Assembly (NCBI GenBank): GCA_945878635.1 | Contig: CAMCTV010000001.1 | Coordinates: 11,123 to 75,122 of the forward strand | From: Chryseobacterium gleum | GTDB taxonomy: Bacteria > Bacteroidota > Bacteroidia > Flavobacteriales_D > Sanyastnellaceae | Reading direction: 5' to 3' | Length of the DNA: 64,000 bases | Shown: positions 44,093-53,136 of the stretch, piece by piece | Position numbering within the stretch: position 1 is the first letter of the stretch | Layout of the letters: each line of letters opens with the position of its first letter | Notes under the pieces: generated by a model | Seen by the model: only the letters and a program-made list of their open reading frames with translations | Databases searched by the model: none | What the model was told of the DNA's origin: nothing | Translations under genes and position numbers: made by a program

Positions 44093-45223
44093 ATGAAAAC
44101 CATTTTAAACACCCTATTTCTAATGTTGTTCTATGCAACAACATCAGCTCAAAACTTGGTCCTCAATCCAAGCTTTGAGGAAATGGAATATTGCCCCAAC
44201 GACTTTACCCAACAAAGTTTAAAGTCGTTGAAAAAATGGACACAAGCTGGGGAAGGAACACCTGATCATTTCAACGCTTGCAGCAAAAAAGTAGGTGTGC
44301 CCAACAACATCTTTGGACAACAGCAGGCCCGATCTGGAAATGGATACGCAGGACTTGGAACCTATCTGAACAATCACAATCGATACAGAGAATACCTTTT
44401 GGGTAATCTTTCTAGGCCGCTAAAACCAGGAGAGCAAGTATGCATCACTTTGTATTATTCAGCTGCAGACAACTGCCAATTTGTGCATGATGGGTTTGGG
44501 GTATCCCTCAGCGCCCAACCGCCAAAGGCAATAGCCAGCAAACCTCTGCTTTTAAAGAATGTGAGCTTATCCAACCCGCAATTTATTATGATGGATGACA
44601 CCGATCAATGGGTGGAACTAAGCGGATATTTTGTGGCCAAAGGAGGAGAGCAATACATCACCATAGGCAATTTCAAGGATGACAAAGAATTGAGAATAAT
44701 CCGCAGAACCCAGGACTCCAAAGTTCCTGAAAACAGAGAATATTCCTATTTATTTTTAGATGACATCTCTGTTGTATCCATTGACAACAAAAGTTCCTGC
44801 AGTTGTATCAATGAAAAACTGCAAGAAGTAGCTGTAGACCCTCCCTTGGAACTTCAGGAGTATGAGGAGGTGGTACTGGATGCTGTTCACTTCAATTTTG
44901 ATGAGTTCACCTTGACAGATTCCGCAATGAATCAATTGGAGAATATTTACGTCATGATGCGCAAGAATAAGTACATGTACATGGAAATTCATGGACATAC
45001 AGATGCCAAAGGAGCGATGGCCTACAACCAAGTACTCTCGGAGAATAGAGCCCATTCGGTGATTGATTTTATTGTCATGAAGGGGATAGATCAAAAAAGA
45101 TTTGAAATCAAGGGTTTGGGAAGCAGTCAGCCAGTGGCATCCAATGAAACCGAAGAAGGAAGGGCTCTTAATCGAAGGGTAGAATTTAGAATAAGACGAA
45201 AGAAATACGAGTTGGTTAATTAA
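44093..45223 (+). CDS. OmpA-family protein with N-terminal jelly-roll-like domain (paralog 2)
   Basis: Signal peptide. Shares the NPSFEE, GNGYAG, YITIGNF, LDDISV and CxC landmarks with paralog 1. OmpA_C 'IHGHTDA...NRAHSVIDFI...NRRVEFRI'. Confidence 0.8.
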   Translation: MKTILNTLFLMLFYATTSAQNLVLNPSFEEMEYCPNDFTQQSLKSLKKWTQAGEGTPDHFNACSKKVGVPNNIFGQQQARSGNGYAGLGTYLNNHNRYREYLLGNLSRPLKPGEQVCITLYYSAADNCQFVHDGFGVSLSAQPPKAIASKPLLLKNVSLSNPQFIMMDDTDQWVELSGYFVAKGGEQYITIGNFKDDKELRIIRRTQDSKVPENREYSYLFLDDISVVSIDNKSSCSCINEKLQEVAVDPPLELQEYEEVVLDAVHFNFDEFTLTDSAMNQLENIYVMMRKNKYMYMEIHGHTDAKGAMAYNQVLSENRAHSVIDFIVMKGIDQKRFEIKGLGSSQPVASNETEEGRALNRRVEFRIRRKKYELVN

Positions 45224-45224
45224 T

Positions 45225-45232
45225 TAACTTTG
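45225..45232 (+). promoter_or_regulatory. Candidate -7 box TAACTTTG upstream of thrS-infC-rpmI-rplT
   Basis: Exact TAnnTTTG match, 19 nt before ATG 45252. Confidence 0.4.
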
Positions 45233-45251
45233 CAACCTTAAATAAACAAAG

Positions 45252-47192
45252 ATGTACAACATTACTTTGCCTGATGGCAGTGTTAAAAGTATAGAAGCGG
45301 GTAAGTCGGCCATGGATGTGGCCTTATCAATTTCAGAAGGATTGGCGCGCAATGTGCTAGCCGCGGTGGTGAATGGAGATGTTTGGGATGCTACGCGCCC
45401 ATTCACGGGTGATGCAACATTGAAGCTTCTAACATGGAATGATGTCGATGGTAAATCCACCTTATGGCATAGCTCAGCGCACTTGATGGCTGAGGCACTG
45501 GAGTCTTTGTACCCTGGAATTAAACTAGCCATCGGACCACCCATTGAAAATGGATTTTACTACGATGTCGATTTTGGTGAGCACTCCTTTTCACAAGAAG
45601 ATTTTTCTAAAGTAGAAAAATTGATGTTGGAATTGGCCCGTCAAAAAAGTGCTTTTGTTAGAAAAGAAATCTCAAAATCAGACGCCATTCAATATTTCAC
45701 TGAAAAAGGTGATCAGTACAAATTGGAATTGATTGATGGGTTGAATGATGGTGACATTACTTTTTACACCCAAGGAAACTTTACAGATTTGTGCAGAGGA
45801 CCCCATATCCCGAATACAGGATTTATCAAGGCTGCCAAATTGCTCAATGTAGCAGGTGCTTATTGGAGGGGAGATGAGAAGAATAAAATGTTGACACGTG
45901 TATACGCCATTACATTCACTAAGCAAGCCGAATTGGAGGAGTACATGGTGCAATTGGAGGAAGCCAAAAAACGTGATCACCGGAAGCTGGGAAAAGAATT
46001 GGGATTGTTTCACTTCTCCCAAAAGGTAGGAAGCGGATTGCCCCTTTGGTTGCCCAAGGGTGCTGATTTAAGAGGGCGACTCCAATCATTTTTACAAGCA
46101 GCTCAAACAAAAGCTGGGTACCTTCAGGTGATCACTCCGCACATCGGCCACAAAGAATTGTATGAGACCAGTGGACACTGGGCCAAATATGGCTCTGACA
46201 GTTTTAAGCCAATAGAAACGCCGCAAGAAGGAGAGGTTTACATGTTAAAACCAATGAATTGTCCTCACCATTGTGAAATTTTCAAAGCAGAACCCAAGTC
46301 CTATCGCGACCTGCCCTTGCGACTGGCTGAATTTGGCACCGTATACAGATATGAGCAAACGGGAGAATTGCACGGATTAACGCGCGTACGTGGATTTACA
46401 CAAGACGACGCACACATTTTCTGTACAGTAGATCAAGTGAAAGAGGAGGTAGGTAAAGTGATTGACTTGGTGTTGTACATTTTTAAAACATTGGATTTTC
46501 ATGATTACTTGGCCCAGGTTTCATTGAGAGACCCCAACAATCCTTCAAAGTACATTGGAAGTGACGAAAATTGGGAAAAAGCAGAGACCGCGATAAAAGA
46601 AGTTGCTGACGAAAAAGGATTAAAAACTGTTGTGGAATTGGGAGAGGCCGCCTTCTATGGACCCAAATTGGATTTCATGGTACGTGATGCTATCGGTAGA
46701 AAATGGCAGTTGGGTACCGTACAAATTGACTACAACTTACCTGAACGTTTTCAATTGGAATATACCGGAGCGGATAACCAGAAGCACAGGCCCGTGATGA
46801 TTCATAGAGCGCCATTTGGTTCGATGGAGCGATTTGTGGCGATACTCATCGAACACTGCGCCGGTCAGTTCCCATTGTGGCTTGCACCAGAGCAAGTTAG
46901 ATTGCTTCCTGTAAGTGAAAAATTCAACGAATACGCAAAAAGTGTAGCAAATAATCTAAAAAATTACGATATTCGCGCCTCCGTTGACGAAAGCAACGAA
47001 AAAGTGGGAAAGAAAATCCGAGAAGCAGAATTGGCTCGCGTGCCTTACATGTTGATTATCGGGGATCAGGAACAACAAGCCCAGACCGTTTCTGCAAGGA
47101 AAAAAGGTGCTGGAGATTTGGGATCCTTCTCTGTAACTGACTTTGCGCAAATGGTTCAAGACGAAATCAAGGAAATGCTTTCACACGGATAA
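45252..47192 (+). CDS. thrS: Threonine--tRNA ligase
   Basis: TGS N-terminus '[10 protein letters not shown]', 'HSSAHLMA', 'MNCPHH', class II motifs 'FGTVYRYE' and '[11 protein letters not shown]'. Confidence 0.97.
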   Translation: MYNITLPDGSVKSIEAGKSAMDVALSISEGLARNVLAAVVNGDVWDATRPFTGDATLKLLTWNDVDGKSTLWHSSAHLMAEALESLYPGIKLAIGPPIENGFYYDVDFGEHSFSQEDFSKVEKLMLELARQKSAFVRKEISKSDAIQYFTEKGDQYKLELIDGLNDGDITFYTQGNFTDLCRGPHIPNTGFIKAAKLLNVAGAYWRGDEKNKMLTRVYAITFTKQAELEEYMVQLEEAKKRDHRKLGKELGLFHFSQKVGSGLPLWLPKGADLRGRLQSFLQAAQTKAGYLQVITPHIGHKELYETSGHWAKYGSDSFKPIETPQEGEVYMLKPMNCPHHCEIFKAEPKSYRDLPLRLAEFGTVYRYEQTGELHGLTRVRGFTQDDAHIFCTVDQVKEEVGKVIDLVLYIFKTLDFHDYLAQVSLRDPNNPSKYIGSDENWEKAETAIKEVADEKGLKTVVELGEAAFYGPKLDFMVRDAIGRKWQLGTVQIDYNLPERFQLEYTGADNQKHRPVMIHRAPFGSMERFVAILIEHCAGQFPLWLAPEQVRLLPVSEKFNEYAKSVANNLKNYDIRASVDESNEKVGKKIREAELARVPYMLIIGDQEQQAQTVSARKKGAGDLGSFSVTDFAQMVQDEIKEMLSHG

Positions 47193-47202
47193 CAAACATT
47201 GA

Positions 47203-47775
47203 ATGGAAAAAAAACCAACGCATAAACCTGGAAAACCCTACCCTCGCAGAGATTTCAGAAGAGAGAAGGAGGATGAGCACCGCATTAACACACGCATTAC
47301 TGCCGCTGAGGTACGTTTGGTTGGTGACAATGTGGAGCAAGGGGTCTATCCAACTGCTGTTGCCTTAAAAATGGCACAGGAGCAAGAGATAGATTTGGTT
47401 GAAATTTCCCCCAATGCGACACCTCCTGTATGCCGCGTCATTGACTACAAGAAATTCTTGTACGATCAAAAGAAGAAGCAGAAGGAAATGAAGGCCAAAC
47501 AAGTGAATGTCACGGTTAAGGAGATTCGATTTGGTCCCAACACCGATGATCATGACTTTCAGTTCAAATTGAAGCACGCGCTTGAGTTTTTGAAGGAAGG
47601 GAACAAAGTGAGGTCTTGGGTATTTTTCAAAGGAAGATCGATTGTTTTTAAAGATCGCGGTGAAATTTTGTTATTGAAATTCATTCAAGAGCTTTCTGAA
47701 GTAGGCGTTCCTGAGCAATTGCCCAAATTAGAAGGAAAGAAAATGTTTGTGATTATCAACCCTAAAAAGAAATAA
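47203..47775 (+). CDS. infC: Translation initiation factor IF-3
   Basis: '[16 protein letters not shown]', '[22 protein letters not shown]', '[14 protein letters not shown]'. A basic N-terminal extension follows ATG 47203. Confidence 0.9.
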   Translation: MEKKPTHKPGKPYPRRDFRREKEDEHRINTRITAAEVRLVGDNVEQGVYPTAVALKMAQEQEIDLVEISPNATPPVCRVIDYKKFLYDQKKKQKEMKAKQVNVTVKEIRFGPNTDDHDFQFKLKHALEFLKEGNKVRSWVFFKGRSIVFKDRGEILLLKFIQELSEVGVPEQLPKLEGKKMFVIINPKKK

Positions 47776-47791
47776 TTAAAACCATAATACA

Positions 47792-47986
47792 ATGCCAAAA
47801 TCAAAAACCAAATCCGGCGCTAAGAAGCGTTTCCAGGTGACCGGTAGCGGAAAGATTAAGCGTAAGCAGGCGTTTAAACGTCACATCTTGACCAAGAAAG
47901 ATACCAAGCGTAAGCGTGGTTTGGGCAATGATGCGCTCGTTCATCCTTCTGACGTTAAATCAATCAAGGCCCAATTGCTCGCCTAA
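47792..47986 (+). CDS. rpmI: 50S ribosomal protein L35
   Basis: '[36 protein letters not shown]'. Confidence 0.95.
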   Translation: MPKSKTKSGAKKRFQVTGSGKIKRKQAFKRHILTKKDTKRKRGLGNDALVHPSDVKSIKAQLLA

Positions 47987-48079
47987 TTCAAGCTAATTGA
48001 ATACAAGAGTAAGGTAAAAGTTTAACCCGATTGTTGGTCATAAGCGCGAAAGCCACCAACCTTCAAAAAACAAAAAATT

Positions 48080-48424
48080 ATGCCACGCAGTAAAAATGCA
48101 GTCGCTTCGAGAGAAAGAAGAAAAAAAGTTCTCAAAATGGCCAAAGGCTATTTCGGATCCAGAAAGAATGTATGGACCGTTGCCAAAAACGCCGTTGAAA
48201 AAGCATTAACCTACGCTTACATTGGTCGTAAACTTCGCAAGCGTAACTTCCGTGCTTTGTGGATTACCCGTATCAATGCCGGTGCTAGAATCCACGGTTT
48301 GTCTTACTCACAATTTATGGGTAAAATACACTCCAAAGGAATTGAATTGAACCGTAAGGCTTTGGCTGATTTAGCAATGAATCACCCAGATGCTTTCAAA
48401 GCTGTTGTCGAAGCAGTAAAATAA
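48080..48424 (+). CDS. rplT: 50S ribosomal protein L20
   Basis: '[30 protein letters not shown]...[13 protein letters not shown]'. Confidence 0.95.
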   Translation: MPRSKNAVASRERRKKVLKMAKGYFGSRKNVWTVAKNAVEKALTYAYIGRKLRKRNFRALWITRINAGARIHGLSYSQFMGKIHSKGIELNRKALADLAMNHPDAFKAVVEAVK

Positions 48425-48451
48425 GTATTCGTTTTTTTGAAAAACCAATAA

Positions 48452-48480
48452 AGGGAGCCATCTTCGTGGTTCCCTTTTTT
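48452..48480 (+). terminator. Rho-independent terminator after rplT
   Basis: Stem AGGGAGCCA / TGGTTCCCT (one G-U) with a 6-nt loop, followed by TTTTTT ending at 48480. Confidence 0.75.
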
Positions 48481-48485
48481 ATGCC

Positions 48486-50390
48486 ATGAAAAATACAATC
48501 ACATTATTCTTAGTTCTTTGCTTGAGTCTTGGGCTTGCTGCTCAAAAAAAAGATGTGGACTTTGTCTCCAAAGGATCTGTTTGGTTTAACACCCCCTACC
48601 CCATTACCTTAGAAAACATTCATGATAAAATTCTCGTGATTTGTCTTTGGGATGAGCAAAACCCATTCAGTACGGAAGGACTACATCGCATTGAAAAAAC
48701 TTTTGAATCAAAGTACAACGTACAGTTGATCAGCGGGATTCTCGGGAACGCAAAACAGCCTCGATCAAGACGAGAAATTTACTCCATCATTCAAAGGGAA
48801 AACATCACTCATCCCTTGGTTATATGTCCAGATTTCAAGGGTTTCAAAGATGCTGACTCGACAGGCAAATTTCAAGTTAGAATTTACGCAAGACCAGGAG
48901 GAGAATGCCTGCATCAATTTATAGGTGATGACGCTGCGGGCTTGGCCATTGTCAAAATCAATGAACTGCTGGCAGATAAAGAACTTGCTCCTAAATTGAG
49001 ACATTGGCAATTGAAGGATAGTGTAGAGACACATTGTTGGGCTGATGCCAATATTGAATTTCCATCTGACATTTCACTGCATAAAAATAAAAATTTCTTC
49101 ATCACTGAAACCAACCATCACCGCATTCATTTGGTTACTCCTGATGGAACCATTGCGCAAATCATAGGAGCTCCCTTGCCCGGTTTTGCGGATGGCCAAT
49201 TGCTCAATGCGCAATTCAATTACCCCAGAGGAACGACCTTTGATGATGAGCAACAATTGCTTTATGTGGCTGATAGTTACAACCACAGAATCAGAGCTGT
49301 TGATCTTCAAGCCAAACTTGTTTTTACCATAGCTGGAAATGGCAATGCATTCTCTGAGGAAATTCAATTGACCAACGGTGGATATGAAGCCATCGGTTTC
49401 CCGATAGATGTTGTCATGGAAAACAACAACCTTTATGTTCTTTCCGCTCAATTCAATCAGATTTTTAATCTCAATCCAATCAGCGGTGTTGCAGTTGAAG
49501 TAGCAAGATTGCCGTTGTTCAATGAACAAAAGCAACGCATCTATCCCAAGCACATTGAAGTAAAAGGATCATTGGGATATGTAACTTTTAGTGATGGGTC
49601 CATTTTCCAAATAAATTTCAACGAAGAGCGAAAATCCAAAGATGCAATCACGCAAAAAGATTGGATTTACTATTACGGAAAAGGAAGTTGGTTTTATCAA
49701 CCCTTGCAGGACGAACCTAAAATATCCAGCGTTGCCATTGCGGGTAAAACCTTGGTGGCCGTATCGGAATGGAGCAATGCTGTATACACCTTTAAAAAAG
49801 GAAAAATCAAATGGCTCTCCGGTTCTAATGAAGGATGGAAAGATGGAGGTCAAAAAGATGCATGGTATCACTCTCCCGTTGATGTTGTCATGATTGACAA
49901 CACGGCATACATCATTGAGCAGGACAATGAATTGCTCCGATATGTCAATGTGAAGAAAGGCAACAGCAAAACAATACCTTTCATAGCCACTGAAGCATTG
50001 GCATTTGGAGGAAATGTGATTCCGCAAGGTGAGAACATTGTATTTGAAGATGTGGTGGTTGGAGAAGGTCCTGTTGAAGTGTTCTTTGAAATGGATTTGG
50101 GTGAGTATGAATTTGCTGAAGATGGAGTAAACATTGTCATGCTCATTGATGATGCAATGGGAACACTCGAGAGCGAAACTGTAACAGGTCCTGTGATTAA
50201 GGCCATGGTGAATCCGAAAGATTTAATCTATGGGAATTTACAGATAGAGATGACCTTTAGTGTGCGTCACCCTTTGCGTCCAGAGGTAGTGTTACGCAAA
50301 CAATGCATGGTAACAGCAATGTTGAATGTAATACCTGGAGAGCCCACATCAGCCAAAGTCACTTGGAAGCCCCATCTCTTGCCGTTCTAA
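48486..50390 (+). CDS. Secreted NHL-repeat beta-propeller protein with N-terminal thioredoxin-like domain (NHLRC2-like architecture)
   Basis: Signal peptide. Trx-like segment 'WFNTPYPITLENIHDKILVICLWDEQNPFS...ITHPLV'. NHL repeats 'ETNHHRIHLV' and 'VADSYNHRIRAVD'. C-terminal beta-rich domain. Confidence 0.7.
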   Translation: MKNTITLFLVLCLSLGLAAQKKDVDFVSKGSVWFNTPYPITLENIHDKILVICLWDEQNPFSTEGLHRIEKTFESKYNVQLISGILGNAKQPRSRREIYSIIQRENITHPLVICPDFKGFKDADSTGKFQVRIYARPGGECLHQFIGDDAAGLAIVKINELLADKELAPKLRHWQLKDSVETHCWADANIEFPSDISLHKNKNFFITETNHHRIHLVTPDGTIAQIIGAPLPGFADGQLLNAQFNYPRGTTFDDEQQLLYVADSYNHRIRAVDLQAKLVFTIAGNGNAFSEEIQLTNGGYEAIGFPIDVVMENNNLYVLSAQFNQIFNLNPISGVAVEVARLPLFNEQKQRIYPKHIEVKGSLGYVTFSDGSIFQINFNEERKSKDAITQKDWIYYYGKGSWFYQPLQDEPKISSVAIAGKTLVAVSEWSNAVYTFKKGKIKWLSGSNEGWKDGGQKDAWYHSPVDVVMIDNTAYIIEQDNELLRYVNVKKGNSKTIPFIATEALAFGGNVIPQGENIVFEDVVVGEGPVEVFFEMDLGEYEFAEDGVNIVMLIDDAMGTLESETVTGPVIKAMVNPKDLIYGNLQIEMTFSVRHPLRPEVVLRKQCMVTAMLNVIPGEPTSAKVTWKPHLLPF

Positions 50391-50393
50391 TTG

Positions 50394-51689
50394 ATGAAAA
50401 AAGTATTGATCATCACCTACTATTGGCCACCATCCGGTGGGGCCGGTGTGCAACGGTGGTTGAAATTTGTCAAATACTTCAGAACATTTAACATTGAGCC
50501 CATCATCTATACGCCCTCCAATCCTGAAATGCCTGTCATGGATGAGAGTTTGGTCAAAGACATTCCCGATGGAATCACCATTTTGCAGCAACCCATTTGG
50601 GAGCCTTACTCTTGGTATAAGCGATGGGTTGGTGTCAAACCAACAGAGAAAATCAACACGGGTTTTTTGAGTGAAAGCGAAAAGCCCAAAAAATCAGAAA
50701 GCATCGGAGTTTGGATACGTGGTAATTTTTTCATTCCAGATGCCCGTTGTTTTTGGATACAACCATCAATACAGTTTTTATCGAACTACATTCAGGAAAA
50801 TCCCGTTGATGCCATTGTATCAACTGGTCCGCCTCATAGCATGCATTTGATTGCCAAAGGCGTCAAGGAGAAATGCAATGTTCCTTGGTTGGCAGACTTC
50901 AGAGATCCATGGACCAATATAGACTTTTACGATCAATTGATGCTCACGCGTTGGGCAGATAAAAAACACCACCGTTTAGAACTAGAAGTATTGAAATCTG
51001 CCGACATGGTAACTACGGTAACCAGCCATGATCAAAAGGATTTCAGCATGAAGGGTGCCAAAGCCTGCGAGTGGATTCCAAATGGATATGATGAGGAATT
51101 TCCTGAAGGTATTATTCCCCACTCCAAGTTTGAATTGGTGCATGTAGGCAGTATTCCCAAATCCAGAAACCATGACAATCTTTGGAAAGCAATACAACTT
51201 GCTTGTCAACAAGATGAGCAATTCAAAAACAACCTGTCCATCAAATTGGTTGGAAAGGTGGACATCTCAGTCAGAAAATCAATAGAGAGATTTGACTTAA
51301 AAGACCACTGTATCTTACAAGAATACCTTCCTCACCATGATGCGATAAGCGTTCAGCAAAGTAGTCAAATTTTGTTACTATTGGTCAATAACAGTGGAAA
51401 TGCCAAGAGTATTTTAACTGGAAAATTCTTTGAATATTTAGCAGCTCAGCGTCCGATATTGGCGATTGGCCCAAAGGATGGAGAAATGAACGCCATTCTT
51501 CAAAAGTCAGGAGCTGGATTCTGTTTTGATTTTGATGAAGTAGAAACGATTAAAAATCAATTGTTGAATTGGCATAGTGTTTTTTTAAAAACAGGCATAC
51601 TGCAAAACAATGACGCTGATGTTTCTGCTTATAGCAGAAAAAATTTAACCGAAAAAATGAGTCAATTGATTCATCAAATTTGTCAATAA
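50394..51689 (+). CDS. Glycosyltransferase (GT4-like)
   Basis: ATG 50394 gives 'MKKVLIITYYWPPSGGAGVQRWLKF'. C-terminal 'GKFFEYLAAQRPILAIG' resembles the GT-B donor-binding region. Confidence 0.75.
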   Translation: MKKVLIITYYWPPSGGAGVQRWLKFVKYFRTFNIEPIIYTPSNPEMPVMDESLVKDIPDGITILQQPIWEPYSWYKRWVGVKPTEKINTGFLSESEKPKKSESIGVWIRGNFFIPDARCFWIQPSIQFLSNYIQENPVDAIVSTGPPHSMHLIAKGVKEKCNVPWLADFRDPWTNIDFYDQLMLTRWADKKHHRLELEVLKSADMVTTVTSHDQKDFSMKGAKACEWIPNGYDEEFPEGIIPHSKFELVHVGSIPKSRNHDNLWKAIQLACQQDEQFKNNLSIKLVGKVDISVRKSIERFDLKDHCILQEYLPHHDAISVQQSSQILLLLVNNSGNAKSILTGKFFEYLAAQRPILAIGPKDGEMNAILQKSGAGFCFDFDEVETIKNQLLNWHSVFLKTGILQNNDADVSAYSRKNLTEKMSQLIHQICQ

Positions 51690-52342
51690 TGAAAACAATA
51701 TCCATAGAATCAGAAGACATTCAACAATTGAATTCAACCTTTGCTGATCTGTATGAAAAAAACGCCAAAGATGCCATTTTAGAAACAGGACAAATTATGG
51801 AAATTCCTGAAGGTGAGATTCTGATAGATATTGGACAATACATTAAAATGATGCCTCTCCTATTGAGTGGATCTCTCAAGATTTTACGCGAAGACAATGA
51901 CGGGAAAGAGCTATTGCTCTATCATGTTCATCCAGGCGAGACTTGCGCCATGTCCATTACCTGTTGCATGGGGGATGCTAAAAGTTCGGTAAGGGCCGTT
52001 GCAGAGGAAGACACCAAATTGATTGCCCTACCAACAAGGATCATGGATGAATGGAGTAACCAATATCCCAGTTGGAAGCATTTTATCATGCGGACTTACC
52101 AGCGTCGTTTTGAAGAATTGCTCAATACCATTGATAGCATTGCTTTTCAAAAATTGGATGATCGTTTGGAACGCTGGCTCAAGGAAAAAACAGCCAAGTC
52201 TCCAGATGGAGTAATTCAGATTACACACCAAGAAATAGCGAGTGAATTGCATTCCTCGCGTGAGGTCATCTCCCGACTATTGAAAAAAATGGAGCACCAA
52301 GGAACATTGGAATTAGGAAGAAACAAAATCAAGATGCGTTAA
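51689..52342 (+). CDS. Crp/Fnr-family transcriptional regulator
   Basis: cNMP-binding beta-roll 'ILREDNDGKELLLYHVHPGETCA' and C-terminal HTH 'THQEIASELHSSREVISRLLKKME'. TAATG overlap with the GT gene. Confidence 0.85.
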   Translation: MKTISIESEDIQQLNSTFADLYEKNAKDAILETGQIMEIPEGEILIDIGQYIKMMPLLLSGSLKILREDNDGKELLLYHVHPGETCAMSITCCMGDAKSSVRAVAEEDTKLIALPTRIMDEWSNQYPSWKHFIMRTYQRRFEELLNTIDSIAFQKLDDRLERWLKEKTAKSPDGVIQITHQEIASELHSSREVISRLLKKMEHQGTLELGRNKIKMR

Positions 52343-52355
52343 AAAAACGAATGCT

Positions 52356-52363
52356 TATCTTTG
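52356..52363 (+). promoter_or_regulatory. Candidate -7 box TATCTTTG upstream of fabG
   Basis: Exact TAnnTTTG match, 16 nt before ATG 52380. Confidence 0.4.
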
Positions 52364-52379
52364 CTCAAACGAAAAAGAA

Positions 52380-53126
52380 ATGAAATTACTAGACGGAAAA
52401 GTTGCCATCATCACCGGTGCGTCTCGAGGTATTGGAAAAGGCATTGCTACATTGTTTGCTCAGCAAGGAGCGCATGTTGCATTTACTTATGCTTCATCTG
52501 ATGAGAAAGCTAGAGCTTTGGAACAAGAACTCAGCGCATTTGGCACCAAAATCAAAGGCTTCAAGAGTGATGCTGCTGATTTTGAAGCTGCACAAAACTT
52601 GGTTGATGCTGTGGTTGCTGAATTTGGAACCGTTGATGTATTGGTCAATAACGCGGGTATCACCCGAGATACCTTATTAATGAGAATGACTGAAGAGCAA
52701 TGGGATGAGGTGATTCGTGTTAATCTTAAGTCAGTATTCAACCTAAGCAAGGCCGTTATCAAACCAATGATGAAAGCCAAAAGCGGCTCCATCATTAACA
52801 TGAGTTCTGTGGTGGGTGTGAAAGGGAATGCCGGGCAGGCCAATTATGCTGCATCAAAAGCTGGTATCATTGGATTTACCAAAAGCATGGCAGCAGAAAT
52901 GGGTTCCAGGAATATCCGATGCAATGCCATTGCACCCGGATTTATTGAAACTGAAATGACTAGCGCATTGGCGGAAGATGTTGTTCAAAAATGGAGAGAC
53001 ACCATTCCATTGAAAAGAGGAGGAAGCACTGAAGAAGTTGCCAACGTAACTTTATTTTTGGCCAGTGATATGAGTGCCTACGTAACAGGTCAAACGCTTC
53101 ATGTTTGCGGTGGCATGTTGATGTAA
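52380..53126 (+). CDS. fabG: 3-oxoacyl-[ACP] reductase
   Basis: 'ITGASRGIGKGIA', 'NNAGITRD', 'YAASKAG', 'IRCNAIAPGFIETEMT', 248 aa. Confidence 0.9.
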   Translation: MKLLDGKVAIITGASRGIGKGIATLFAQQGAHVAFTYASSDEKARALEQELSAFGTKIKGFKSDAADFEAAQNLVDAVVAEFGTVDVLVNNAGITRDTLLMRMTEEQWDEVIRVNLKSVFNLSKAVIKPMMKAKSGSIINMSSVVGVKGNAGQANYAASKAGIIGFTKSMAAEMGSRNIRCNAIAPGFIETEMTSALAEDVVQKWRDTIPLKRGGSTEEVANVTLFLASDMSAYVTGQTLHVCGGMLM

Positions 53127-53136
53127 TCAAAAGAAC

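Noticed and set aside
45224-45251. T-box or other leader upstream of thrS
   Set aside because: Only 28 nt separate the preceding stop from the thrS ATG, so there is no room for a structured leader.
45224-45544. 106-aa minus-strand ORF overlapping the thrS 5' region
   Set aside because: It overlaps the conserved TGS domain of thrS and has no recognisable features. Judged spurious.
47203-47205. Non-canonical (AUU/AUA) autoregulatory start codon of infC
   Set aside because: An in-frame ATG at 47203, 10 nt after the thrS stop, gives a plausible basic N-terminal extension. I cannot show that a non-ATG start is used.
49074-50027. Two long minus-strand ORFs (159 and 152 aa) inside the NHL-repeat gene
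   Set aside because: The plus-strand frame carries a signal peptide, NHL repeats and continuous coding across the region. The antisense ORFs have no motifs and would be mutually exclusive with it.
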